Position numbers and translations under genes: made by a program. A stretch of DNA of 39,665 bases from a virus. Lineage: Duplodnaviria; Caudoviricetes. Of this stretch, positions 16,601 to 25,480 are shown in pieces. Within the stretch, counting starts at the first letter, position 1. Each line of letters begins with the position of its first letter. The DNA lies in IMG/VR virus record IMGVR_UViG_3300038829_000258, positions 1 through 39,665 of that record; one strand, written 5' to 3'. A model generated the notes under the pieces. The model saw only the letters and a list, made by a program, of their open reading frames with translations, did not search any database and was not told the origin of the DNA.

Positions 16601-16816
16601 CCCCCTTGTAAGACTGACATGGTGGGGGGCACACTCCGCTACCCTTGGCAGAGCCATCGCCGGGAAGATCGCAACAGGGCTGCCCCCGGCTTCAGACCAA
16701 AGAGGTCAATCGAATGAACACCACCGTGAGAAAGAAGTAGGGCGAGGTCGGCAGCGTCGTAGGCTGTCATAGCCCGCAGTGCGCCCGAGCAATCGGCGGC
16801 GCTGCCGACCGAACCA

Positions 16817-17131
16817 ATGAGTGGTCTCTACGATTACCGATGGCAGCAGGCGCGAGCGAAGTTCCTCGCGCTGCCCGAGAACGTGCTGTGCCGATGTGTC
16901 GAGTGCGTAGCGTTTAAACGCCGACGCGTCACCAACGTGGTGGACCACGATCCGCCGCACCGTGGAGATCCCGCCAAGTTCTGGGATCGCAGCAGCTGGC
17001 GAGCGATGGCAAAGCAGTGCCACGACTCGTTCAAACAACGGCTGGAGAAGTCAGGACGCATCGCCGGTGCGGACACGAAGGGCGTGCCGATTGATCCTCG
17101 CCACCCGTGGAACCAACCGCCGAGGGGATAG
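16817..17131 (+). CDS. HNH endonuclease (HK97 gp74-like packaging cofactor)
   Basis: W...RAKFL..LCRCVEC...VVDHDPPHRGD..KFWD..W..M..QCHDS.K; upstream of terS. Confidence 0.85.
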   Translation: MSGLYDYRWQQARAKFLALPENVLCRCVECVAFKRRRVTNVVDHDPPHRGDPAKFWDRSSWRAMAKQCHDSFKQRLEKSGRIAGADTKGVPIDPRHPWNQPPRG

Positions 17132-17234
17132 GGGGTTCGATCTCTGGCTCGTGTTTTCCTAGACCGAGCCTCCCTGTGTACGTGTATCACCGCGTTACTC
17201 GATAGGGGGGGGGTAGTAGGACAGGGGCACCATC

Positions 17235-17819
17235 ATGGGACGACCGAACAAGCCAACCGCCGATCACGCTGCCCGAGGAAACCCGGGGAAGCGTGCGCGC
17301 AATCGCCAGGAGCCGGACCCCGAGTACCTGGACGACATGACGCCTCCGACCTGGTTGTCGGAGGCGGCGCGCAAAGTGTGGACCGAGTGCGCGCCGAAGA
17401 TGCGCAAGGCGAAGGTGCTGACCGTCCTCGACGTGGAGCCCTTCTCCCGCTGGTGCGTGCTGGTGGTCCGCTATCGCGCGGTGGTCGCGGATCTGGAGCG
17501 GCTCGGCGTGATGGTCGGGCCCAGCGAGGACAGCGCGAAGTCGGCGCCGGCCAAGGACGCGGCAGCAACGAAGGACGCAACGCCGGCTAAGCCAGCACGG
17601 CAGGTCGTCATCAACCAGCTCGTGTTTGTGGAGTCAATGCTGCAGAAGCAGCTGCTGGCGATCGAGCGCGAGTTCGGCATGACGCCGGCGGCGCGCACGC
17701 GGGTCCAGGTGGAGCCGCAACTGACACTCTTCGGGAAAAATGACGGCGACAGCGCCGAACACGGAAAGCCGCCGCAAGCGAAAGGTTCGGCCTACTTCAC
17801 GGGCTCCGCTCCGCACTAA
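17235..17819 (+). CDS. terS: Terminase small subunit (P27 family)
   Basis: GRPNKPT...GNPGKR, PPTWLSEAARKVW, EFGMTPAARTRV. Confidence 0.9.
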   Translation: MGRPNKPTADHAARGNPGKRARNRQEPDPEYLDDMTPPTWLSEAARKVWTECAPKMRKAKVLTVLDVEPFSRWCVLVVRYRAVVADLERLGVMVGPSEDSAKSAPAKDAAATKDATPAKPARQVVINQLVFVESMLQKQLLAIEREFGMTPAARTRVQVEPQLTLFGKNDGDSAEHGKPPQAKGSAYFTGSAPH

Positions 17820-19659
17820 GCCCAAGGCGCGCGATCAAGCGGAGGCGCGCCGCAAGGTTTTCGAGAAGGTCCGCGCGGCCGGCGATCCGGCAACCGCGTA
17901 CGCGCGGGCTGTAGTAGGTCGCCGCATTCTCGCCGGGCCGTACGTCAGGAACGCGTGCAAGCGCCACCTGACCGACCTGGTGGAGGGACCAAAGCGCGGG
18001 CTGGTGTGGGATGTCGCCGCCGGCCAGCGCTTCATCGGATTTTGCCGCGACGTTTGCAAGCTGAACGGCGGCCAGTGGGAAGGCAAGCCCTTCGAGCTCA
18101 ACGCCTGGCAGTGCTTCGTAGGGGGAGTGCTGTTCGGTTGGAAGCGAAAAGATGGATTCCGGCGGTTCACCACCGCCTACATCGAAACGGGCAAGGGCTC
18201 GGGTAAGTCTCCACTGGCCGCCGCGGTTGGGCTGTACGGCCTGACATCGGACGGCGAGGCGCGCGCGGAGATCTACGCGGCGGCGACGAAGAAGGACCAG
18301 GCGATGGTCCTCTTCCGCGATGCCGTCACGATGTACGACCTGTCGCCGGCGCTGAAGCATGTGCTGAAGCCGTCCGGGGTCCACGAGCGCACGTGGAACC
18401 TTGCGTACCTGGCGACCGGGAGCTTCTTCCGGCCGATCAGCTCGGAGGACGGGCAGTCTGGACCGCGCCCGCACTTCTCGCTGCTGGACGAGATCCACGA
18501 GCACAAGACCAACATGATGGTCGAGATGCTCAAGGCCGGCCAGAAGTTCAGGCAGCAGCCGCTGATGATGATGATCACCAACAGCGGCGTGGACAAGACG
18601 TCGGTGTGCTTCGAGTACCACGAGCACGCGATCAAGGTGTGCTCTGGCGCGGTGCAGGACGACGGCTTCTTCGGCTACGTCTGCGCGCTCGACAAGAAGG
18701 AGGATCCGCTCAAGTCCGAGGCGTGCTGGCCGAAGGCCAACCCGAGCCTCGAGGAGTCGGACCTGCCCGGAATGAAATACCTGCGCGACCAGGTGAGCGG
18801 CGCGCGCGGGATGGCATCGAAGGCGAGCCTGGTGCGCCGGCTCAACTTCTGCCAGTGGGTGGAGGCGAGCAACCCTGCGATACCGCGGGAGATATGGGAG
18901 GCCTGCGCGGATGCGGGCTTCGATGTGGACAAGCTGCGCGGCCGGCGCTGCTGGGCGGCGCTGGACTTGTCCTCCACCACCGACTTGACGGCGGCGGCCT
19001 GGCTGTTCGAGCCGACCGACGACGATCCGCACTGGCGCCTGCTGGTCCGCTTCTGGATCCCGGGCGACGAGCTGACCGACAAGGAAGATCGCGACAAGGT
19101 GCCGTACGTCGCGTGGAGGGACGCGGGGCACATCGTCGCGTTGCCAGGCCGCGCGATCGACAAGCTCGCGGTGGCACGGCAGTGCGCGAAGGATGCCGCC
19201 GCGTTCGACCTGCAGGGCATGGCGTTCGACCGTTGGCGGATCGAGGACTTCAAGCGAGTCCTGGAAGACGAAGGCATCGAGCTGCCGCTGGAGCCGCACG
19301 GCCAGGGCATGCAGTCCATGACCCCGGCGATCGAGGCCTTCGAGACGATGCTGGTCGCGGGCTCCGCAGTGGCGAAGGGCAAGCCGGTGCCGTCTGTGGA
19401 GCCGCAGGGCGACACGCCCGAAGCGGTGGAGAAGGCGGAGCGCATGGCGCGCATGAACAAGCCGCTGCGGCACGACGACAACCCGTGCCTCACCTGGTGC
19501 GCGGCGAACACCGTGTACGCCACGGACGCCGCGGGCAACAGGAAGCCGGACAAAAAGAAGGCCACGGGGCGGATCGACGGCATCGTGGTCGCGAACATGG
19601 CAGCCGGGCTTGCCTCGAAACGGGTGGGCGGCGGCAAATCCTTTTGGGAGACAGCGTAG
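17740..19659 (+). CDS. terL: Terminase large subunit
   Basis: GKGSGKS Walker A, LLDEIHEH Walker B, LDLSSTTDLTA nuclease motif, RIDGIVV. Confidence 0.95.
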   Translation: MTATAPNTESRRKRKVRPTSRAPLRTKPKARDQAEARRKVFEKVRAAGDPATAYARAVVGRRILAGPYVRNACKRHLTDLVEGPKRGLVWDVAAGQRFIGFCRDVCKLNGGQWEGKPFELNAWQCFVGGVLFGWKRKDGFRRFTTAYIETGKGSGKSPLAAAVGLYGLTSDGEARAEIYAAATKKDQAMVLFRDAVTMYDLSPALKHVLKPSGVHERTWNLAYLATGSFFRPISSEDGQSGPRPHFSLLDEIHEHKTNMMVEMLKAGQKFRQQPLMMMITNSGVDKTSVCFEYHEHAIKVCSGAVQDDGFFGYVCALDKKEDPLKSEACWPKANPSLEESDLPGMKYLRDQVSGARGMASKASLVRRLNFCQWVEASNPAIPREIWEACADAGFDVDKLRGRRCWAALDLSSTTDLTAAAWLFEPTDDDPHWRLLVRFWIPGDELTDKEDRDKVPYVAWRDAGHIVALPGRAIDKLAVARQCAKDAAAFDLQGMAFDRWRIEDFKRVLEDEGIELPLEPHGQGMQSMTPAIEAFETMLVAGSAVAKGKPVPSVEPQGDTPEAVEKAERMARMNKPLRHDDNPCLTWCAANTVYATDAAGNRKPDKKKATGRIDGIVVANMAAGLASKRVGGGKSFWETA

Positions 19660-19850
19660 TGCGCGAAAAACTCAAAGCGGCGGCGCTGTTCGTGGTCAGT
19701 TTGGCGGACCTCCGGGACCTCGTGACCATTGCGGGCCTCGGGTGCATCGGCTACGGGCTGAGCCTGGTGTACGTGCCCGCCGCGTGGGTCGTGGTCGGCT
19801 GTCTGCTGTTCTGGCTGGCCGTCGGGCGGAGGACCAATGGGGTTGCTTGA
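19659..19850 (+). CDS. Small 2-TM membrane protein between terL and portal
   Basis: DLVTIAGLGCIGYGLSLVYVPAAWVVVGCLLFWLA; typical position in HK97-like phages. Confidence 0.7.
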   Translation: MREKLKAAALFVVSLADLRDLVTIAGLGCIGYGLSLVYVPAAWVVVGCLLFWLAVGRRTNGVA

Positions 19851-21099
19851 CCGGCTCGAAGGAAAGGCCATTTCGCCGCGGGATCTCCTGCTCGATGGGC
19901 TTGCCGAGCAACAGGGCGGCGGGTCGATCTACGCCGGTAGCCGCAGCAAGAGCGGAAAAAACGTCACCTGGCGGACCGCGCTGCAGGTCTCCACAGTGCT
20001 GGCGTGCGCGCGCGTGATCGCCAACGGCCTGGCGCAGGTGCCCTTCAAGTTGATCAAGGAAGCACCGGACGGCAAGAGCACGGTGCCGGCGAAGGATCAC
20101 CCGCTCTACAACTTGCTGGCGCTGAAGCCGAACTTCTTTCAGACGTCGTTTGAGTACCGCGAGACGCTTGGGCTCCACGCGGTGCTGACGGGCACGCACT
20201 TCAGTTTCATCAACCGGGTGCGCGGCAAGGTCCACGAGCTGATCCAGTTCGAGCCGCAGAACGTCAAGGTTCTGCGCGACGTCAACACGCTGGAGTTGTC
20301 GTATGACGTCACGCCCCCGAACGGGGGAGCTGCGGAACGCTTCCCGGCGAACTCGATCTGGCAGCTGCGCGGCCCAAGCTGGAACAGCTACCAGGCGCTT
20401 GAGGCCGTGAAGCTCGCCCGCGAGGCGATCGGGCTGGCGATGGCGACAGAGGAAGGGCACGCGCGGCTCCACAAAAACGCGGCGCGCGTCGGCGGACTGA
20501 TCTCCGTAGAGGGTTCGTTGACAGAGCCGCAGTACGAAAAGATGCACAAGTGGGTGCAGGAGCACTTCCTCAACGAAGGCGCCTACAGCACCATGATCCT
20601 CGACCGCAGCTCGAAGTTCACGAGCGCGGCGCAGAGCGGTGTGGAGACGCAGCACCTTGAAACCCGCAAGTACCAGGTGGAGGAAGTCTGCCGGGCGATG
20701 GGCGTGATGCCGATCATGGTGGGCTACTCCGACAAGGCGGCCACGTACGCGAGCGCGGAGCAGATGTTCCTCGCGCACCTGGTGCACACGCTGTCGCCCT
20801 GGTACCAGCGGATCGAGCAGTCGGCGGACGTGAACCTCCTCACCGAGGAAGAGCGCAAGGAAGGCTACCGTTTCAAGTTCATCGAAGAAGGCCTGCTGCG
20901 CGGCTCGCTCGACGCGACCAAGAACTTCCTGCTGGCGATGGTCAACGGCGGAATCATGACCGCCAACGAAGGCCGCGCGAAGCTGGACCTGAACCCGGAC
21001 AGCGACGCGGCAAGCGACAAGCTGCGCGTGCCCGTGAATTTGACCGTAGACCCGGCCGCGCTCGTTGGCGCCGGCAAAGACAAACCCGAGAAGGAGTAG
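19837..21099 (+). CDS. Portal protein (HK97 family)
   Basis: ALQVSTVLACARVIA, HPLYNLL..KPN.FQT, ETRKYQVEEVCR..GV.P, GIMTANEGR. Confidence 0.93.
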   Translation: MGLLDRLEGKAISPRDLLLDGLAEQQGGGSIYAGSRSKSGKNVTWRTALQVSTVLACARVIANGLAQVPFKLIKEAPDGKSTVPAKDHPLYNLLALKPNFFQTSFEYRETLGLHAVLTGTHFSFINRVRGKVHELIQFEPQNVKVLRDVNTLELSYDVTPPNGGAAERFPANSIWQLRGPSWNSYQALEAVKLAREAIGLAMATEEGHARLHKNAARVGGLISVEGSLTEPQYEKMHKWVQEHFLNEGAYSTMILDRSSKFTSAAQSGVETQHLETRKYQVEEVCRAMGVMPIMVGYSDKAATYASAEQMFLAHLVHTLSPWYQRIEQSADVNLLTEEERKEGYRFKFIEEGLLRGSLDATKNFLLAMVNGGIMTANEGRAKLDLNPDSDAASDKLRVPVNLTVDPAALVGAGKDKPEKE

Positions 21100-21104
21100 C
21101 GACG

Positions 21105-21800
21105 ATGATCGAGCGCCTGGCCTGCGGAATGATGGAGCTGAAGTTCGACCCCAGCTCCGAAGTGGCGATGAAGTTCACCGGCTACGGGGCCGTATTCGGC
21201 AACGTGGACGCCTACGGCGACGTGATCATCCCCGGCGCCTTCGCTGACACCATCGCCAGCGCGCGCAAGAGCGGCCTGTGGCCGGCGATGCTGTCCCAGC
21301 ACGGCGGCTGGGGAATGAGCGCGGATGACCTCACGCCCGTTGGCGTGTGGACCGACCTGGCCGAGGACGGCAAGGGTCTGCGCGTGGAAGGGAAGTTCGC
21401 CGACACGCCCCGCGGGATCGAGCTGTACAAGCTGATGAAGATGGAGCCGCGGCCGGCCATCAACGGCCTGTCGATCGGCTACATCCCAAAGGAATGGACC
21501 GCGCGGAGCAAGCCGGACGAGCCGCGCCGGACCCTGAAGAAGATCGACCTCATCGAGATCAGCCCCGTCACGTTCCCCGCGAACGGCAAGGCGCGCGTGC
21601 AGTCGGTGAAGGCGATCGAAGAACTGCAAAAGCTGGGCGATGTGGAGCGCTTCCTGCGTGATGCAGGCGGCCTGTCGCGCAGCGAAGCCGTGGCACTCGT
21701 GTCGCGGATCAAGAGCCTCGGACAGGGCGATCCTGATGGTGGCGGAGTCGACGAGCTCGCAGCGCTCGTGAAGCAAGGCACCGAAATCCTCCAATCCTAA
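21105..21800 (+). CDS. Prohead maturation protease (HK97 family)
   Basis: FTGYGAVFGNVD..GDVI.PGAF, MLSQH, GLSIGY, EISPVTFPAN. Confidence 0.93.
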   Translation: MIERLACGMMELKFDPSSEVAMKFTGYGAVFGNVDAYGDVIIPGAFADTIASARKSGLWPAMLSQHGGWGMSADDLTPVGVWTDLAEDGKGLRVEGKFADTPRGIELYKLMKMEPRPAINGLSIGYIPKEWTARSKPDEPRRTLKKIDLIEISPVTFPANGKARVQSVKAIEELQKLGDVERFLRDAGGLSRSEAVALVSRIKSLGQGDPDGGGVDELAALVKQGTEILQS

Positions 21801-21811
21801 AAGGAATGTTC

Positions 21812-23164
21812 ATGAAAACGTACGTGGAGCAAAATGCGATGCGCCTGATGGCCGTCGTCGTCGTGCTGGGCATGGTCGCGCTCGGGGCTTTCCCCGATCC
21901 CGCGCTCGCGGGCATGGTGATCGCCGCGCCCTTCCTGGTCGGTGACACCGATCCGGGGCTGAAGGAACTGCTCGAAAAGCAGAACAAGGCGTGGGAAGAG
22001 TTCAAGGCGGCCAACAACGCGCGCCTGGAAGCGGTCGAGAAGAAGGGCTACGCGCCCACGGAGCTGGTCGGCAAGGTCGACGTGATCAACGCGGACCTGA
22101 ACAAGCTCTCCAAGGACGTGTCCGACGCCATCGCTAAGATGCAGCGCCCCGGTGCCGGCAACGACGGCAAGGGACTTACGCCCGCGCAGCTGGAGCACAA
22201 GGCCGCATTCGGCAAGTTCCTGCGCAAGGGCGACGAGGCCGGCCTGCAGGAGCTGGAGCGCAAGGCGGCGATGAACTCCACGGACGACACCCAGGGCGGC
22301 TACCTGGTGCACGCGGAGCTGGACAAGGAGATCGACCGCATCGCCGCCACCATGAGCGCAATGAACCGCCTGGCGCGCGTGGTCACCATCGGCACGCGTT
22401 CGTGGCAGAAGCGGGTCAAGACCTCCGGCATGACGATGGCCCGGCCGGGCGAAGGCGGGACCTCGGGTGAGACGACCGAGCCGCGCTACTCGCGGATCGA
22501 GGTCGTGGTGCACCCGGCGGAAGTCGAGCCGTGGGTCTTCAACGAAACGCTGGAGGACGCGGACATTGACCTCGAGGGGGATCTCGCGATGGAAGCGGCC
22601 GTCGGGTTCTCCGAAGGAGCCGGCGCGGAATTCATCACCGGCAACGGCGTGGCTAAGGCGATGGGCATCACGAGCTACACGAACGTCGCGAACGCCTCCT
22701 ACGCGTGGGGCAAGGTCGGCTACATCGTCTCCGGCAAGTCGGCGGCGTTCGCCTCGGTGGCACCCGCGGATGCCTTCGTCAGCCTGCAGCACGCGCTGAA
22801 GGCGCAATACCGCAACGGCGCGGCGTGGATCATGAACGACACCACGCTGGGCGTCGCGCGCCAGATGAAGGACGCTTCGGGCGCGTACTACCTCTGGAAT
22901 CCCGATCCCCTGATCGGTTTCGGCGGGCGGTTCCTCGGCTCGCCTGTGGAAGTGGACGACAACATGCCGGCCATCGCCGCCAACAGCTATTCGGTGGCGT
23001 ACGGCAACTTCCAGCGCGGCTACGCGATCGTCAACCGGACCGGCACCACGCTGATCCGCGACAACGTCACGGCCAAGGGCACCACGAAGTTCAACTTCCG
23101 CCGCAGGTTCGGTGGCGGGATCTACAACTTCGAGGCCATCAAGCTGATGAAGTTCTCGACCTAA
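21812..23164 (+). CDS. Major capsid protein (HK97 fold) with hydrophobic N-terminal leader
   Basis: Coiled delta domain, GGYLV, FITGNG, YRNGAAWIMN, YGNFQRGY.IV.R, RFGGG...EAIKLMKF; SD AAGGA (alternative ATG at 21806). Confidence 0.93.
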   Translation: MKTYVEQNAMRLMAVVVVLGMVALGAFPDPALAGMVIAAPFLVGDTDPGLKELLEKQNKAWEEFKAANNARLEAVEKKGYAPTELVGKVDVINADLNKLSKDVSDAIAKMQRPGAGNDGKGLTPAQLEHKAAFGKFLRKGDEAGLQELERKAAMNSTDDTQGGYLVHAELDKEIDRIAATMSAMNRLARVVTIGTRSWQKRVKTSGMTMARPGEGGTSGETTEPRYSRIEVVVHPAEVEPWVFNETLEDADIDLEGDLAMEAAVGFSEGAGAEFITGNGVAKAMGITSYTNVANASYAWGKVGYIVSGKSAAFASVAPADAFVSLQHALKAQYRNGAAWIMNDTTLGVARQMKDASGAYYLWNPDPLIGFGGRFLGSPVEVDDNMPAIAANSYSVAYGNFQRGYAIVNRTGTTLIRDNVTAKGTTKFNFRRRFGGGIYNFEAIKLMKFST

Positions 23165-23208
23165 TCGGGGCCGAGCCACAGCTGCCGCAGTAAGCGAAGC
23201 ACAACGGG

Positions 23209-23235
23209 AAGGCCCGCCTCGGCGGGCCTTTTTTT
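23209..23235 (+). terminator. Intrinsic terminator after the capsid gene
   Basis: AAGGCCCGCC-TC-GGCGGGCCTT followed by a T run. Confidence 0.8.
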
Positions 23236-23258
23236 CGAGCTATTCCAAGGAGAAAGAC

Positions 23259-23693
23259 ATGCACGATCTTCACAATCACGTCTCGCTCAAGCGAGTGGTC
23301 GATTCGGCTGCGATCGGGGCCAACGCGACCAAGACCGGCCTGGTCGTCGACCGTCAGAACTTCGGCGGCGTCGAGTTCATCCTCAACTACGGCGCGGTCA
23401 CCACGACCGGCACCATCGTCACGGTGGTCGCCAAGGAAGGCGATGCCACCGGCACGCTGACCAGCGTCGCCGATGGCGACCTGATCGGCACCGAAGTGCT
23501 GGCGAGCCTCCTGGCCGCCACGCCGCGGGCGTCGAACACCACCAAGCTGGTGTGGAAGCGCCTCGGCTACAAGGGCAAAAAGCGCTACGTCAGCCTCGAC
23601 CTGGTGCAGACGGGCGTCACGTCCGTCGGCTACGTCTCGGTGGTCGCGGCGCTCCACAGCCCGCGCGTCGCGCCGGTCGACAACCCGGGCTAA
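23259..23693 (+). CDS. Putative capsid decoration/cement protein
   Basis: 144 aa, beta-rich, directly after the capsid gene; VDRQNF.GVEF and RLGYKGKKRYV motifs; SD AAGGAG. Confidence 0.55.
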   Translation: MHDLHNHVSLKRVVDSAAIGANATKTGLVVDRQNFGGVEFILNYGAVTTTGTIVTVVAKEGDATGTLTSVADGDLIGTEVLASLLAATPRASNTTKLVWKRLGYKGKKRYVSLDLVQTGVTSVGYVSVVAALHSPRVAPVDNPG

Positions 23694-23801
23694 TCCCCGG
23701 CGCAGGAAACGCTGCGGCTAGGTTGATCGCCGAAAGCGGGGGCCTCCTGACCCCCGTTGCCGCGGTGTCTTTTTCTCAGGCTTCTATGACAGGAGATAGA
23801 G

Positions 23802-25172
23802 ATGGCAATGAACGATGGCGAAAGGCAAGTGGCGCCCACGGTGGACGGCATCAGGTGCGATCACGTTGCACGGTACGAATGGGCCGCAAAGCTGGTCAAG
23901 GGGCGGGTGATCGACCTCGCCTGTGGAGTCGGCTACGGCACCGCGATCCTCGCGGCTGCAGGTTGCAAGGCGATCGGCTTCGACCGCGCGTCGGAGGCGA
24001 TCGGATATGCCCGCAAGCACTACGCGGGCACGGGCGCGGAGTTCACGTGCGCCGAGGCGATCCAGATCGACAAGGGCAAGGCCGACGCCGTCGTGTGCTT
24101 CGAGACCGTCGAGCACCTCGAGGAGCCGGCGCCGGTGCTGATGAACCTGCGCGCGATCGCGCCGCTGCTGCTTGTGAGCGTGCCGAACGAAGACGTGGTG
24201 CCGCACGACGGGAGGGCCAAGTTCCACTTCCGGCACTACACGAAGGGCCAGTTCCACGCGCTGCTGAGCACCACGGGCTGGGCCGTGAAGGAATGGTGGG
24301 GGCAGGCGGGCATCGAGTCAGACGTCGAGCTGGACGTCGCGGGGCGCACGCTGATCGCGGTGTGCGAGCGCATGGAGATTCCGCAGAAGTTGGCGCCGTC
24401 GCCGATCAACGTCGCGCCGCCGCAGCCGGATCGTCCCGTGCCGGAGCACGTCGCCATCCTGGCGCTGGGCCCGAGCCTCGAGAAGTATGTCGACGTGGTG
24501 AAGCGCGTGGGCGGCAAGCACGCCTACTGCGACGAAACGTGGGGCATCAACGCGGTGGGCGGCGTGGTCCTGTGCGACCGCATCTTCCACATGGACGACG
24601 TGCGGATCCAGGAGATCCGGGCGAAAGCCAGGCCTGACACCAACATCGCGCGCATGCTGGAGTGGATCAAGGTCCATCCGGGCCCGATCATCACCAGCCG
24701 CGCGCACCCGGACTATCCGGGGCTGGTGGAGTACCCGCTGCGGGACGTGATCCACACGTTCCAGCACGCGTACTTCAACTCCACGGTCGCGTATGCGGTC
24801 GCGTACGCGATCTGGCTGGGCGTGAAGAAGATCAGCCTGTACGGCCTGGACTTCACTTACGCGAACTCGCACGACGCGGAGAAGGGCCGCGCGTGCGTCG
24901 AGTTCTGGCTCGGCATTGCAGCGGAGCGGGGCATCAACTTCATGATCCCCAAGGATTCGACCCTGCTGGACGCGATGAACACGCAGGCCGAGCGGCTCTA
25001 CGGCTACGACACCGTCGATGTGCGGATCAGCGCTGTGAAAGGCGACACGGTGGTGGAGTTCACCGAGCGGGCGCAGCTGCCCACCGCCGACGAGATCGAG
25101 GACCGCTACGACCACGGCCGGCACACCAACGCGCTCGTGGAGCAAAGCCTGGCTGCGGCCGGCGAAGGATAG
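23802..25172 (+). CDS. Class I SAM methyltransferase fused to a DUF115/MptE/Maf-like transferase domain
   Basis: HVARYEWA, VIDLACGVGYG, CFETVEHL; then VAILALGPS, WGIN, YFNSTVAYAVAYAI.LG.K.I.LYGLDF. Confidence 0.7.
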   Translation: MAMNDGERQVAPTVDGIRCDHVARYEWAAKLVKGRVIDLACGVGYGTAILAAAGCKAIGFDRASEAIGYARKHYAGTGAEFTCAEAIQIDKGKADAVVCFETVEHLEEPAPVLMNLRAIAPLLLVSVPNEDVVPHDGRAKFHFRHYTKGQFHALLSTTGWAVKEWWGQAGIESDVELDVAGRTLIAVCERMEIPQKLAPSPINVAPPQPDRPVPEHVAILALGPSLEKYVDVVKRVGGKHAYCDETWGINAVGGVVLCDRIFHMDDVRIQEIRAKARPDTNIARMLEWIKVHPGPIITSRAHPDYPGLVEYPLRDVIHTFQHAYFNSTVAYAVAYAIWLGVKKISLYGLDFTYANSHDAEKGRACVEFWLGIAAERGINFMIPKDSTLLDAMNTQAERLYGYDTVDVRISAVKGDTVVEFTERAQLPTADEIEDRYDHGRHTNALVEQSLAAAGEG

Positions 25173-25190
25173 AGAAGATCCTGGAGGTTG

Positions 25191-25219
25191 GCGGGCCCCT
25201 TCGGGGGCCCGCTCTTTTT
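25191..25219 (+). terminator. Hairpin/terminator with a cUUCGg loop
   Basis: GCGGGCCCC-TTCG-GGGGCCCGC followed by TCTTTTT. Confidence 0.75.
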
Positions 25220-25238
25220 CAACAGAAACGAGGAAACC

Positions 25239-25457
25239 ATGGCGAAGAAAAAAGCAGCGGCATCGGGCGCGGTAGCGGCGGGCGCAGTGGAGCGCGCGTG
25301 GACCTACGACATCGGCCAGAAGGTGGCGACCGACGCCGGCGGCGGCGAGGTCGTGTGGCGCCGCGAGTCGGCCACCGGCGCGCGCGACTACCTCGTGCGC
25401 ATCGGCGAAGTCGAGGCCTGGCTGCCCGAAGGGGCGCTCGCGAAGCGGGCGAAGTAA
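25239..25457 (+). CDS. Small hypothetical protein (SH3/KOW-like pattern)
   Basis: SD GAGGA; YDIGQKV...GEVVWR...YLVR...W..E..L. Confidence 0.6.
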   Translation: MAKKKAAASGAVAAGAVERAWTYDIGQKVATDAGGGEVVWRRESATGARDYLVRIGEVEAWLPEGALAKRAK

Positions 25458-25480
25458 CGCACGAGGCCTGAGCGCGCTCC

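Noticed and set aside
17175-17190. Possible LexA box (CTGT-N8-ACAG)
   Set aside because: The right half-site does not match
17797-23179. Long antisense ORFs opposite terL, portal and capsid (e.g. 17797-19473, 21797-23179)
   Set aside because: Typical stop-poor shadow frames of high-GC coding DNA with no motifs
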